Shown piece by piece: positions 12,401 to 24,990 of a stretch of DNA of 64,000 nucleotides. The stretch is taken from the NCBI GenBank assembly GCA_013239625.1, contig MU053934.1, positions 10,517,003 through 10,581,002 on the forward strand. Direction: 5' to 3'. Both the position numbers and the translations under genes were made by a program. This DNA comes from Lama guanicoe (lineage: Eukaryota). The first letter of the stretch is position 1, and each line of letters opens with the position of its first letter. Below the pieces are notes generated by a model. It had not been told where the DNA came from. It was given only the letters and a program-made list of their open reading frames with translations, and made no database searches.

Positions 12401-14436
12401 AGAGTCTACAAGTTGAACTATCAGCAGTAAAATTACTGTAACTTTATTTTTGAAAGAAGGTGAAAGAAAAACTAGCCCACAATAACAAGGATGGGGTGGT
12501 TGGGGGGGGGGTCCCGGAACCAGTCAGTCCCCCACGGACAGGGAGGGATGGATGGCGACCACGGTGAATGACAGAGGAACCTGGGGAGAGCGCGAGCCCG
12601 GGCCAGTGCAGAGCCCCGAGGAGAGACCTTCAGGAGGGGGGAAGGGAGCTGGGAGTTGCCTCTGCCTCAAGCCCTGCTCGACCATTCCTGGAATTCTGAG
12701 TCTGGGCGAGTCTCATAACCTGTAAGGTCACCTGCCCTCACTGAGAAGGAGGTTAATTACCCACCAATGTCATCAAGTGAAGACGAGGATCAGAGGACGC
12801 GAAGGTGAAAGAAAGACCTGACTTATCACACCCCCAGGCACTTCCTAATGTCGAGAAGACACTCATCTCAAGAGGCTGAGATTCAAGGTAAACTTAAAAA
12901 AAAAATGCAGCTATGAGAGGAGACCTTGGGCATAAACTGCATTAGCCTTTGCGGGTGGTGTTTGCCCGTTGTTACTCCTGACCTTGGAGAGAGGACCTGC
13001 CCCAGTGCCGCCTGGCTGGGCTGGGCTGCGGGATGGATGGGTCCCGGGCTGCAGAGGGGCTGGAGGGGTCGGCATTCTCGAAGACATCCTATCGGCTTCA
13101 TTGGAACCTGTGGGATGCCCTGGAGGAGGGGGTGGGTCTTGGAGAAGCATTTGGACCACAGGTCCCCCACCGTCTGCACCTGCACTCTGTTCAGTGCCAA
13201 CCTTGGAGGTACAGGATTTTCATTTCTCTTATGAAAGGTGGCATTTTCTTGCTGCTGCTTTGTGACGAGAAGTTACTCTAGCACTTTGAGGACCAAATGG
13301 AACAAAGGGTTTGGACACCACTCAGGAGCCTAAAGCCACGTGCAGACAGGAGGGCGACGCTTTGTTCTGTAAGCCACATGCTGTGTGTGACCTGCCTTCA
13401 CCCACGTCCAGTGAATTCTGAAATCAACTCCCTGATTTGTTCTGTGAGCAAGTTCCAAAGGCCTTCCGTCAGCTCTGCCGGGGTTGACAAGGACCCCACG
13501 GAAGGCACTTCCCCTCAGGGTCCAAGGCAACTGGCATTTCTAACAGGGCTATTTTTGGAAGTTGACAATTGTATTGACTGGGCTGCATTTCAGTTCAACA
13601 CTCAGAGCTGGCTGGGAGAGGAGAGGCTGTCACTCACCGCTCCTCCAGCATCTGGTGAATTCCTAGGAGGCCTGGAACTTTCTAAACTGCCCTTTCATTG
13701 CCTCTAAAAGCAGCAGATTCTAATGAGATCCCCAGACAGCTCGTCCCCACACGAGCGGGGGTGGACCCGCCTCACTGTTCCTCGTCCACCAGGCCTCATG
13801 TGGGTTTGAGGAGACACGTGTGTTGGTGGCAGGAGGCAGAGGTGGTGGTGATGGTGGGAGGGCGAGGAAGGCGAGGGTTCAAGCCGGCCTGTTTCCTGTC
13901 TGGATGATCGTTTGTGTTGTCACAAGCAGGTGAGCAAGGAAGTTGGAAGGCGTTAAACGGACTGAACGGTCTGGGCCGGATGGAGACCCCCTGGAGCAGG
14001 CAGCCGGCTCTGTGCCGGTCCTGCAGTTCTCACGCCTGCTGGATTCCTAAGGCACTCGCCGCAGACGTGGCTTGAAAAGTCTGAACGTGAATTCCCACTG
14101 AGTGCGGCTCTTCCTTCTTGGGGGAGATCTGTTCCGGCGTCCCGAGGGCGGCCTGCTTGGCATGCAGCCACGTGGACAGCGGGGGCCAGAAGGCCGCTCT
14201 GCAGGCCTCTGCCGTGAGCCTGCGTCCCTGCAGCCCCTTCTCCTCCCGGGGGCCCTGCTGCCCCAAAGCCCACGGCGGGAGGCGGGCACGTGGTTGCAGA
14301 TGGCCAGGCTCGGGCAGAAGCCAGCTGGACCGCTGGCCTCCGTGCCCGTGAAGGGGGCTCTCGGCAGGTCCGCCTGGGAGCTGCCCTGCGTCCTGGGCAC
14401 CGAGGTCCCTGTGCGAGGACACAGGGCTCTCTCCAT

Positions 14437-14680
14437 GGTGCTGGTTTCCAGCTGGATAACAAACACCGCACACCGGGCGGTTTAAACAGCAGGACCTTAC
14501 TGCCCCATGGTCTGGAGGCTGGAATCCGAGATCCAGGTCTTGGCAGAGCTGGTTCCTCCTGGGGATGCGAGGGACCAACTGCTCCTGTCCTCTCTCTGCT
14601 TCTGGTGCTTTGCTGGTGACCTGACGTCCCTTGACTTGCAGGTGCGTCTCTCCCGTCTCCGCCTCCACTGTCCCATGACT
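14437..14680 (-). mobile_element. MaLR LTR fragment (MLT1C/D-like)
   Basis: ataacaaacaccgcacaccgggcggtttaaacagcagga...tctggaggctggaatccgagatccaggt...gcttctggtgctttgctgg. Confidence 0.75.
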
Positions 14681-15899
14681 GATGCGTTTGAACGGTCTCC
14701 CTAAGCTGGAGAGTCGTCTCCAGCTCCAGACACAGATAGGTGAGTGCAGCCCTCTCCCCTCCAGGGACTAAGCCCACCGCAGGCTCACCACGCGGCCAGT
14801 GTAGGCCAGGACGCTCCCTGCCTGTGGACGTGTGATCTCAAAGAAGGTCAACCCCAGAGCCCAGCAGAGCTTTCTGGCTGCTTTACTGAAGTCACCCACT
14901 GGCTAAGTCACTCCCAGTGTGTGTGTGTGTGTGTGATGCGTGTGGTGCCCTGAGTGCAGCCCTTGCCCGAGCTGGACATGCAGGCCCCACCTGCCCCTTG
15001 TGCGCAGAGTTGGCAGCTGTCTTGCAAAGCCCACTCTCCCTGCTTCCTGAGTGACCGGATGACCACAGGCTCCTGACTGCCCATCTGGACATTTCCCAGC
15101 ACCCTTTGCAGGAGTGGTCATGTGATGAATTTTCCCGAAGGACCCTGAGTGAAAGTGATGGGTGAGTCTGGGCCACGGCTGGTGGCTCTCTCCCCCACTC
15201 CCCTCACTGGGCCCACCACGACCAGAGGGTGGCAGGGTCCCCCATGCGGGGGTTGCCTCAGCCCCTGAATCCCTGGGGCTCAGAGCAGCTCCCTTGGGGG
15301 CAGAGGGTGACAGGGCACCAGACTTCCTGTCTTTAAGGCACTGGCTTGGCTGTCCTTGCGCATGGCTGGCCTTCCCCCACGGACTGACTTCACGCATTTA
15401 CGGCCATTTTCTGCTTGTTTTCATAGAGTAATGTATACGCATTGCACGCATTTTAGCCAGTGCGGGAGCTTCTGGAGGAAGAATTTATTCCGAACCCTGT
15501 TGTCCCACAGCCGTGGTTACACTTAGCGGGGCTTCCTTCCAGCCCTTTGCACAGAAACAGTTTTAAAACAAGAGTGGGATTGTCCGTTATATACCATTGT
15601 AACCTATTTCTTTTTTTTTGCCTCTTTTTTGGGGGTGGGAAATAGCTGTATTTTCCCCCTAATTCTCCAAGTATTTTATGCTTACCACAAAAAGACAGAA
15701 AAGTCTACAGAAGAAAGCAAAAGTGGACCATGACACCACTGACTCTGAGGGCAGGAGTCGGCTGCTGCGCGTCCTGCTGGACACTTCCTGAAACGTGAAA
15801 ATCGCTGCTCAGATGAGATGGACAGATGGGGAGAGAGAGGGAGAGAGCGTGTTTCAAACAAACACGGGGCGCGCTCTGTCACTCAGTAAGCAGGTCTGA

Positions 15900-16890
15900 A
15901 AAGCCCCTCATGTTAGGAACACCCCTCGCAGGGTCGTTTTCAGTGTGTGCATAGTGTTGCCTCGTGGGAGGGAGTAGTAAAAAATAAATTCAACAAATCC
16001 TGTATTTAGGTTATTCTAAAGTCACTATCGGAAGGGGCGCTCTGACAAGCGCACTTACACATTTATTTACCTGGGTGAAGTCCCTGCCCTGGTACGCGGA
16101 AGGAGGTGCCCATCTTCAGCTTTTCTGGCACCTTCCCCCTGGGGCTCTCGAGAGATCCTGTGCCGGGAAGCGGCCCCCGGCTCGGGCTGGCACGTGCGAG
16201 GCCACACCCGCGCGAGCACTGGACAGAGGGTTCCTGCAGTCAGGCCGGCGCAACGCGCACGTGCCTTCTTATGTCACCCGTGATTGCTTGCCTTCTCGTG
16301 GGGCTGAGCTGGGTTTCCTGTATTGAACCTGTGGCCCATTTTCCTTCTCTTGAAGGGCCCCCTGTTACCCCTGATCTGTAAGGGCTCTTCGCATATTAAG
16401 AAAAACCACTCTTGTCTCCCGGTTCCTCTGCCTTTTCAACTTGTCAGTGCTCTTTATTTTCCCTATGCAGTTTTTATTGTCACGTAGTCAAATTACTGAT
16501 GTGCGACTTCGCAGATTTTCCGGTGAAGTCAGGTGCAGGGTAGCTTTCCTCGCCCAGCGATTATGACGGGGTAATTGCTTCATAGATTAGAAAAGTAAAT
16601 ATTGCCTCACAGTTTAAGTGTTTAAAAATATTTCAGATCTTCTGTTCATCTGGGATCTATTTTGGTGTACGTATAAAAGAGATCCGTCTCAGTATTTCCC
16701 CAAATGGCTAGCTAATTATACTAATTATATTGGTTGTAAGAAAGCCTTCCCTTTCCCCTTGGATTTGAAACATCACCTTTATCATATTTTCCGCCCTCAC
16801 CTTTTCTCTCTTTTGTTCTCCGTTTTTTCCTATCCCAATGCTAACACCATACTCTTAACTATTGTAGCTTTGGAATAGACTTTGATACCT
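15900..16890 (-). mobile_element. Highly decayed L1 (L1ME-like)
   Basis: ctgtggcccattttcc, gtagtcaaatt, tgttcatctgggatctattttggtgtacgtata, atactcttaactattgtagctttg. Confidence 0.55.
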
Positions 16891-17229
16891 AAGCAGACAC
16901 AATTTGGTAATTAATGAATCCATTGAAATCGTAATTCCATGTCCACCTGGGCTCGGCCTTTCTCCCTAAAGACTGTTATTTGTAGAAATAAAAATCTGCC
17001 TTTCAGTCTCATTTCATTCCGCCTTCCCCCTTCCTCTCGCCTTCCCTGCTGCGCCCCCCCTCATCTGCCTCGCCGGGAAATCGTACCCACGCTGGGTTCT
17101 CCTCTCAGCCCTGACCCCTCCTCTCAACCCGGGAGAGACCCCGCCTGGATTTTCCCCCACAGCACCCAGCTCGCTTCCCTCGTTCACTGACACAAGGCGT
17201 CATTATATACGTACATGCCTGGCACATCC

Positions 17230-17352
17230 TTAATACTCCCCCTCCCGAGTGACTGGACTTGAAGGCCACGAGGCAGGAACCCTATTCACCACAGTCCCCC
17301 CAGCGCCTACGAAAGCAAGCATTCACTTAGTGATTTGGAATGAGTGAGTGAA
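17230..17352 (+). mobile_element. L2 3' end relic
   Basis: gactggacttgaaggccacgaggcaggaac...tattcaccacagtccccccagcgcct...ggaatgagtgagtgaa. Confidence 0.65.
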
Positions 17353-18648
17353 CCCTGACAGCCTCTGAGTGACGCCGACAGCCGTCCGTGGACTGGCTGT
17401 GCCTCCCTTTCCACGGCATTTCCCCACGTCGTCTCCTCCAAACCTCTTCCCCGAGGCATCCTTCTGTCTCAGCCGCTCCCTCTGCTCGGGCCCCCCCCCC
17501 TTCCTGGTGGACACTTACTCATCTTTCCAGGTCAAGACCAGTTGTAGCCTCTTCAGTGGAACCTTCCGAGAAGCCGCAGGCAGAGTGAGGCGCCCCCGCC
17601 TGCCTCCTCCGTCTGGCCCACCCGACTCGATGGCGAGGCCCCAGGAGGACCCCCTCCCACTCAGGCGGCCTCTGGGCCTGCCTGAGCTGGCCGGACTGGC
17701 AAAGGCACAAAGTGAACTTCCCTCCAGCGAAACAAGGTGGAAAATCCATCCAATCAGTCAGATGCAAGCGGCCTTTCCGATTCAGAGTCGCCCATCCCGC
17801 GTCCTCTGTGTCTTTTCCTGGTGGTTGAGGCTCCAAAGTGTTTTACCCCTTGAGAAAAGCCACAGCTTGAATTTGCTCCTATTTGGGATCAATATATGAC
17901 TTTGTTCTCTTGCCACAAATGTGTACCCCGAATCAAACAACCTGACTGGTATTTGATTTTCTGCTCCCTGTTTGTCTCAGCTGGGCTGTCACCCGACTGG
18001 CTCTGTCTGCGGCCGGGCGTGCTTTTTAGTATAAAGATTGCAAGCCGCTCCCGATGGCTGCCCGCCCTGTCAAATTCACCATCCACCTGCTGAGCCTGCC
18101 TGTCCAGGTTCCTTTCCAAACGCTCTCAGCGCACAGCCAGGATGCCTTAGTTCTCCTGGTCGGAAAAGCTTCGCTTACACGTGGCGCGGAGGCGGGGAGC
18201 CCGGAGGAGGCGAGCGGGTGAGGGAGCCCCATGTCCTCTCCCGGCTCCATATCCCCGTCTGGTCCCCTGGGGTGGGGGCGGAGGGACCGGCTCCCTGCAG
18301 AGAAGCAGGCTGGGCAGAGGCGGAGACAGGGTGACATCTTCTGCCTGCATCCTCCTCTCCGGGGCTCCCCACCTCAGTGGCACAGCTTCACCTGTCCTCC
18401 ACCTGTGCACTCCTGTCCCCAGAGGCCTTCCCGTCGGCAGACGCTTCCAAACCCTCCGGCGTCTGTCCACCTGGTCCAGGCTTATCCCCCAGAAGCAGCC
18501 CCTTCCACTTCCAGCACCTCCAGCTCAGCCCAAGGCACCCTCACCGCCTCCTCGCTGAGCAGGGGGTCTGACGTCGGGTCCCTGCGTGCACTCTGAGCCT
18601 GGAAGCCACGAGGACGCCTTCAAAATGAGCTCCAGCCAAGCCGCCCTG

Positions 18649-19002
18649 CGCGATGGGCTGAATGTGTCCCTCTCATGCCCCTGTGTGTAACCTAACCCCC
18701 GGGGGGTGAAGTTAGGAGGTTGGCCTCTGGGGGTGATCCAGTCACGAGGGTGCAGCCCTCACGCACGGGGCTAGTGCCCTGATCAAAGAGGCCCCAGGGA
18801 GCTCCCTCGCCCCTGCCGCCCTGTGAGGACACAGGGCAGAGGTGGCTGTCTTTGAACCAGGGAGCAGACTCACCAGACATGGAACCTGCGGGCGCCTCGA
18901 CCTTGGACGTCCAGCCTCCACAACTGTGAGAAGCAACGTCTGTGGGTTATAAGCTGCCGAGTTGGCGGTATTTTGTTTCCGCAGCTGAAAAGGACAAAGA
19001 CA
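18649..19002 (+). mobile_element. Full-length MLT1A-type solo LTR with 5 bp TSD
   Basis: Begins (c)gcgatgggctgaatgtgtccc and ends gacaaagaca; internal gagggtgcagccctcac and accttggacgtccagcctccacaactgtgagaa. Flanks are CCCTG (18644-18648) and CCCTC (19003-19007). Confidence 0.9.
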
Positions 19003-20196
19003 CCCTCCTAATTCAGATGCACCAGAGGCTCTTGGACGACAAATCCTCATCTCAGTGGGGCAGGTGGGGCTCAGAGGCCTGGCCCCGCCCCTCCCCCCCA
19101 CTGCAGGACCCACCCCGCCCTCTGCTCCCAGCCCAGCCTCTGCTTGCCTGGCGAGGGTTATGGAGGGAGGGAGGGAGGAAGACGGAATAGGAAGTTGGCT
19201 GAGTTGATCGAAACTTTGCTCAAAAGTAGAAAGTAACTCTGAAATTCGCAGAGCCGCTTCTCAGGGGAGAGGCTGTGGGGGACTGGGAGCCACCTGTTGC
19301 TGGTAGCGCCCTAAACTGGTACAATTTGCTCAGGAGACGATTTGGCAGCAAGTAACATAAGCTGTGAAAAACGTCCACGCCGTGTGAAAATGATCTAAAC
19401 CGTGGAGACGTTCTTTCCTCCCCTGGGGATGAAAAGGATGCTTGGGGAGCATTATTATCGTGGCAGGACGGCCCCTCTTCAGACGGGGGGCCAAGCTCGG
19501 CTGTCTATAGAAGGGCGAGCGTCTAATTTCCTGGGGGAAAACGTCCCTCTCACCGTGCTCTTTGATGTTTATCAGCTATTTAGCAATTTAAAACTTTAAA
19601 AATCTTTTTGTTCTCAGTGTCTCACACTTGCCGGACACTAAATAAACCACAGCACAGCATTGGCCTCTCCTATCCACTCACAATCTTCTCTCCACAAACA
19701 ACTGAAGGAATGATGCCGACCAGATCTGGGACAGCTGCTCAAAGTCTCCCCAGGTCCCTCACCCCCCACCCGCCGGCCCCACCTGCCCCGGTGCAGCCCC
19801 GGACGTGCAGCTGACTTCAGACGGCTGGCCCAGGCTCACCTGCCTCCGGGTCTGCATCGGGTGCACGTGGGGTCTGTGACCCCCCAGCACGCCCTCAGCA
19901 GGACCGGCCCCGCCTCCTGGCCCGCCCCGGCCACGTGGCTGACCAGTGCCTGTCTGTCCGTCCCCGCGGTCCATCCACCCTGCGGGGCCCGCTGTGTTAC
20001 TGGTGCTCTAACGGCATCACCTGCACCTCCAGTCCTGCTTCTTCACTCATGTTTGCATTTGCCGATTCCCTCCCCTGGCGCCCGACACATGGATGACACT
20101 CGGTGTTTTATTTTGGTTGAGACAGTGCACGAAGAAGGGATGCAATCACAGACCCCCCCGCCCCACATCTGCCATGGCTGTCCCACGGGAGTCTCC

Positions 20197-20320
20197 CATT
20201 CATTCATTCATTCATCCAACTGAAGTTCATGAAACAGGGGTGCACACCCGCCGGAGCTGGGGACTGGCGCCACAAGCGAACCCGCCCACCGGTGGGGAGC
20301 TTCAGAGAAGCACGCTGTTG
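20197..20320 (-). mobile_element. L2 3' end relic
   Basis: (CATT)n tail followed by weak L2-like sequence. Confidence 0.5.
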
Positions 20321-20419
20321 ATTTTGGAGAAGTTCCACCACCAGCGTCCTTCCTGGCTCCTCCCGGCTAATAAAGTGCCCGCCCGTAACGGTGCGGCTGG
20401 AGGAGCCGGGGCTCCCCCC

Positions 20420-20645
20420 ATGCGCTCCATTTTAATCGAGTTGTTCTTCCACTACGTGCTTTAATACTGTTAGAAGCAAATCAAAATTAATGAGATTACC
20501 TCCTTTGAAATGTTATATATAATTAACCTCAAATTAGGGACAATATGCGTTTGAATTTGCCAATCAGTAACACCTTGTGATTGCTGAAATGCGCGGCGGC
20601 AAATGTGAGACGTTGACTCTAATCTGCCAGTTGGAAAACTCAAGG
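20420..20645. promoter_or_regulatory. Candidate enhancer / conserved non-coding element
   Basis: Non-repeat AT-rich island in GC-rich flanks with TAATTA (20520-20525), CTTTGAA (20503-20509), ACAAT (20540-20544) and several TAAT/ATTA cores. Confidence 0.4.
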
Positions 20646-21196
20646 AAAAGAGCTTTGAAGACCCGCCGCTGGAGCCCTTACCGAGGCCAGGAAGGGGGTC
20701 CCTGGGCCATCGTGCGCCCTCCTGACCACGGTGGCCGCAAGTCCTGCTTCTGCTGTACCTCCTAGAGGATTGCCTGGGGGTGCTGAGCGCCCGTGGTGGG
20801 GAGACTCCTGTCTTCAGGACAAGAAGAGGGTTCAGTCGCAGGAGAGAAGTGACCAGGGAAGGGCTCGCCATACTGGCCAGTGACCCAGAATGCCCTTGGA
20901 GAGCACCCAGCCCTGACCAAGGTCTAGAAGCCCTGGCAACGCCTCTCCATCATCTCTTGCTCTCCTAGAACGTCCCCCCTTCCTGGCTGCGTAGGACGCA
21001 GGCTCACTGGGTTTCTGGCAACAACAGAGGTGAACACCTTCTAGGAAACTCCCTGCTGCCCCTTAAACCAGGAAGAAACATTTCACATTTAGCCTCAGTG
21101 GGTTGTAAAACCCCAGGATTTATGCTTCTTGTTGTAAGGGGGTAAAGCAACTTTCAAAAACCACACCAGCTGGTTACAATTCTTTTTTTTCAGTCC

Positions 21197-21510
21197 TTTG
21201 TATGAATACACCACGTTATTTATCCATTCATTTGTTGATGAGCAATTGGGTTGTTCCCGCTTTGGGGTTATTATGAGTAATGCTCCTGCGAACATTTGTG
21301 TCCAGGATTTCGTACAGACATGTGTTTTCACTTCTCTTAGGTGTGCACCTGAGAGGGGGCGTGCTGGGTCAGCTGGTCACTCTGTGTTCCGCCTTTTGAG
21401 GAAGAGCTGAAGGGCTTTCCAAAGACGTGGTACCAATTTACATCCCTGCCGTCAGTGTATGAGGGTTCCAACCTCCTACATTCTCAACTGGTTATAATTC
21501 TTGTTCGGTT
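21197..21510 (-). mobile_element. L1MB-like fragment
   Basis: tttatccattcatttgttgatgagcaattgggttgttccc...gaacatttgtgtccagg...cagtgtatgagggttcca. The ORF at 21095-21331(-), MKTHVCTKSWTQMFAGALLII, is L1 ORF2 C-terminus-like. Confidence 0.9.
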
Positions 21511-22134
21511 TCCTGTCCGTCAAGATGGAGAGATGGACGAATGGTCCACGCAGGACCCGGACAAGAACAAAGACAGCAGTGGTGACGCTTCCTCGTGTTT
21601 GACCGGGGATGCGTCTCCCACCGGCTTTCCCAGGGCACAAGGTTCTGTTCTCCCAAGAGCTCTCGGAGGCACGTCGCGCTTGAGGAGACAGAGGCTCAGA
21701 GATGTCGCATTTTGCCCAAAGTTGCGCCATCACGCGGGTTACTCTGGGGGCCTCCTATGGTCTCGAGGAGCCTGAGGGGGTGCGTTCCCCAAACAGACCC
21801 CACTCTGGGGGTTCAGCCTCCCCTGCAGATGGCTTCTCCTTGTGGCTGGTCCCCAGCTAGGATATGCTTTGCCAGCTCCTTCTAGCCAATGTTGATCGGA
21901 AACGGTGGACAGTGCAAATCCTGGGAGTCCCGAGGGCGGGAGGCCGCCACCCCTCCTCCCCTTGGCTCCTCTGGAAGGAGCTCCGGGCAGGGCGGTCTGT
22001 CTCCTCCGTGTCTCCCCACTGCTCTGACCCCCACTCCCAGGAGCCCACCTCTGCTTTCACGTTTGCTCAGCTGCACAGCCGGGCCGGCACCCCCCATCTT
22101 GGCCGAGCATCCTTGTCCTGGAGTCTGGGTGCAG

Positions 22135-22530
22135 ACAGCTGACTAGAGCTCCCCCCACGGTCACGCCTACGGGAAGCCTCGGAAGGCAGCCTTATTTGGA
22201 ATGGGGTCTTTGCAGCTGGGTTTAAGGATTGGAGTGAGGTCATTAAGATCATTAGCGTGGGCCCTAGACCCAGTGAGAGCGTCCTGATGAGAGACCGAGG
22301 CCACACGCAGGGGGAGGCAGAGACGGGAGGGCGGCCACAACCCAAGAGGCCCGGAGCCCCCAGGAGCAGGAGGAGGCAGGATGGCCCTGTGCTCGAGCCT
22401 CCGGAAGGAGCTGGGCTTCCAGACACCTTGGCCCCAGACTCCTGGCCTTCGGGACTGCGAGAGAACACGTGTCTGCTGTTTCCAGCTGCCCGGTTTGTGG
22501 GAATTTGCGGGGCGGTCACAGAGGGTAGCG
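22135..22530 (+). mobile_element. MaLR LTR (MLT1C-like), GC-shifted
   Basis: ccttatttggaatggggtctttgcag...gtgggccctagacccagtga...gacaccttggccccagactcctggcctt...ctgcgagagaacacgtgtctgctgttt. Confidence 0.85.
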
Positions 22531-23789
22531 CTTGCTGTGTGATTTCCCTGTATCACTGGCTTGACTCCGCCAGCTGCCAGCCCATCCCAGCATCTCCGGG
22601 AGCCGAGCCTGGGTGACCGACTGCCCCGTCCCCACGGAAGTGCTCCCCCGCCCCTGCAGGTAGCGGCCCCTGGGCTCCTCCACCAGGTGCTCCCTCTGCT
22701 CTAGCCGCTGCTTAGCTCTTCACCCAGCCCGCCGGTCTACGCCGGCTGCCGGGGGGCCTCCGTCTCCTCGGCAGCTCGTCTCCAGAGCTCAGCTCAGCGC
22801 CTCGCAGGCAGACACTCATCCCTGGATGGTTGGACGGGGCCGTGTGGCTTGTTGGGCAGAAGCAGATGGCTTTGTTCCTTAGGAACTCGCCGTATGTCTA
22901 TCAGAGCGTGTACATGTCCTGACTTCATGGATTTGGACGAGCCAGTCCAGTTCAGATTGGCAGCTGTTTGCCGAGCCCCGATTCTCCCAGGCGCAGCGCC
23001 AGGGGCTGGGGCTGTGGGCATGAGTCTCGGTCTTCGAGTCGAGGCTGGGGGAGGTACAGGGGCAGATGTGTGCAGCTGTAGCTTTTTCATTTCAGAATTA
23101 CTTCGTGTTCATTGAGGAACGTTTTGAAATTATGGGTCAACAAAAATAAGAGATTTTACTCTTCAACCCAAGCTGAAAGCAATCATTTTGGGACCGAGAT
23201 CCAGATGTGTTCACACGGGGGCTTGGTCACACAGCATTTTGCAACATGTCTTTTTATTCCCTTCACATCTTCCGATGACAGTTAGACCAGAACCACATCG
23301 TTCGTTCCCTGGCTGAGTCAGAATGTTCACCTGTCTGCTTCCGTTTTAATTTATTTAATCAGTCTCCCATTGTAGGAGATTGAAGCTTCTCCAGTTTTTG
23401 TTTTCAAATACTATCATTATTTTGAAATGTAAATTGGTTAAATAGTAAAATCACTACCTGCCATGGAAAAAATACTCATAGTGCAGAAGGGCCGAAAAGA
23501 GTCACCCTTCCCCTCACCTCTGGTCTTGGGAAGCAACAGCTGCTAACGGTGCCTTCCCAGGACGCTTCCAGGCCCCACAGCATGTGTTTATATGTATGTA
23601 TTTATGTATTACTTAATCTGCATAATTCAAGAGATTCAAGATTTATAGTGCACACCTCCATCTACCTATTCATCCACCTACCTTTTTGCAGAAAAAGAGT
23701 CGTTTTGCATATAAAAGTCACTTTGTTCATTTCACTGGATGTGCCTTACCCATTTTTTCCCACATCAGCACGTAAAGCTCTCCCTCCTT

Positions 23790-24960
23790 ATTTTTTAAGC
23801 TCTGCATGATGGAAAATTCAAGCGTATATAAAAGCACAAGGTGTGCCATGATGAACCCCCGAGTGCCCATCGCCCAGCTCCCACAGTTGCCACGGCCTGT
23901 CCCGCCTGCTTTCCACCCCGACAGGACCCTTGTGAACCAGACTCCAGACGTCACCTCCTTCCTCTCCAAACACCCGGGCACCTGTCCTTAGAGGATCCAG
24001 GGCTGCTCTGCACCGGAATCATCTGACAGCGACTCCTCAGGGTGATAAAACAACCGTTACTCAAATTTCCCTGTTTGGGTCGTTATTTTTATTTTCCTAT
24101 TTCTTTGACTTATGGACCCAAATGGGCTCAGACACTGCATTTGTCCCGGTGCCTCTTCACTTCCTGTCACCTCGGCGTTTCCCTCCCTCTTCCCCTTGCA
24201 CTTGATCTGCTGTTTGTCCTGGAGGTCTTCATGTATTTTGAGCTTTGCTGAACCCTTTCCCCTGGTGTGTTTACCGTGGTCGTGGGACGGATGCGCTCTC
24301 TCTGAGACATCCGAGAGCAAGCTGTAGACTGATGCTCCTGCGCCCTCCTGGAGAACCCAGCACTTCCTCTCACACCTACGGCTGTGGGGGCAGCATGCCA
24401 GCCGTGGAAGAAGATGTCCGTCTTTCCTGCAGGTGTTGTTCAGATGTTGCCAAATGAACGACTGAGGTCTTGGCAGCAAAATGGAATCCCGTCTCTGGGC
24501 TGCATTCTGCGTTCCCTCTAACTGCAAACGTGCCTCCGTCCGCCGAAGTCTCCCGTGACACGGCATTTGGGGATTGTGAGTTTTGTGGAGTGTCTCTTGT
24601 TTTTTTAAATTTTTCTTCTGTTTCCTAAAGATTCAGGTTATGCAATCTGGGCAGAAACGTGCACAGACAACACCGTGTCCTTTTCTGCACACAGCACCAG
24701 GAGGCATGGCGGTGGGCTGTCCCGCTGTGAGGTGCCGTCTCATCACCGGGTGGACTCGGGGCCAGCCAGCTTCCCCCGCTGGAGAGTGACAACTGTCCCC
24801 TTTGTGATTCGCAGGACCTCGTGCAGAGATGCTCTGAGTTCACGCAAACACCCTGTTACTCCGCAGCTGTTCACCCGTTAGGTTCATCATCCGTCTGCTG
24901 ATGGCTGTTGCCTGAGTCAGTTATTACTACAGTGGTTACCAAATGGGGACTTTCTAATTA
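23790..24960 (-). mobile_element. L1MC4/5-like 3' UTR, antisense
   Basis: atggaaaattcaagcgtatataaaag...atgaacccccgagtgcccatcgcccagct; gtgtccttttctgcacacagcaccaggaggcatg. Confidence 0.7.
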
Positions 24961-24962
24961 CA

Positions 24963-24990
24963 TCAATCTATCTATGTATCTATCTATCTA
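24963..24990. repeat. Short (TCTA)n tract
   Basis: tcaatctatctatgtatctatctatcta. Confidence 0.75.

Noticed and set aside
13953..14777. Longest ORFs (274 and 212 aa, minus strand)
   Set aside because: They run through an MLT1 LTR and GC-rich sequence; several overlapping frames are open, which indicates stop-codon scarcity rather than coding.
18942..19190. Protein-like stretch AAEKDKDTLLIQMHQRLLDDKSS
   Set aside because: It straddles the 3' end of the MLT1A LTR and has no convincing donor site.
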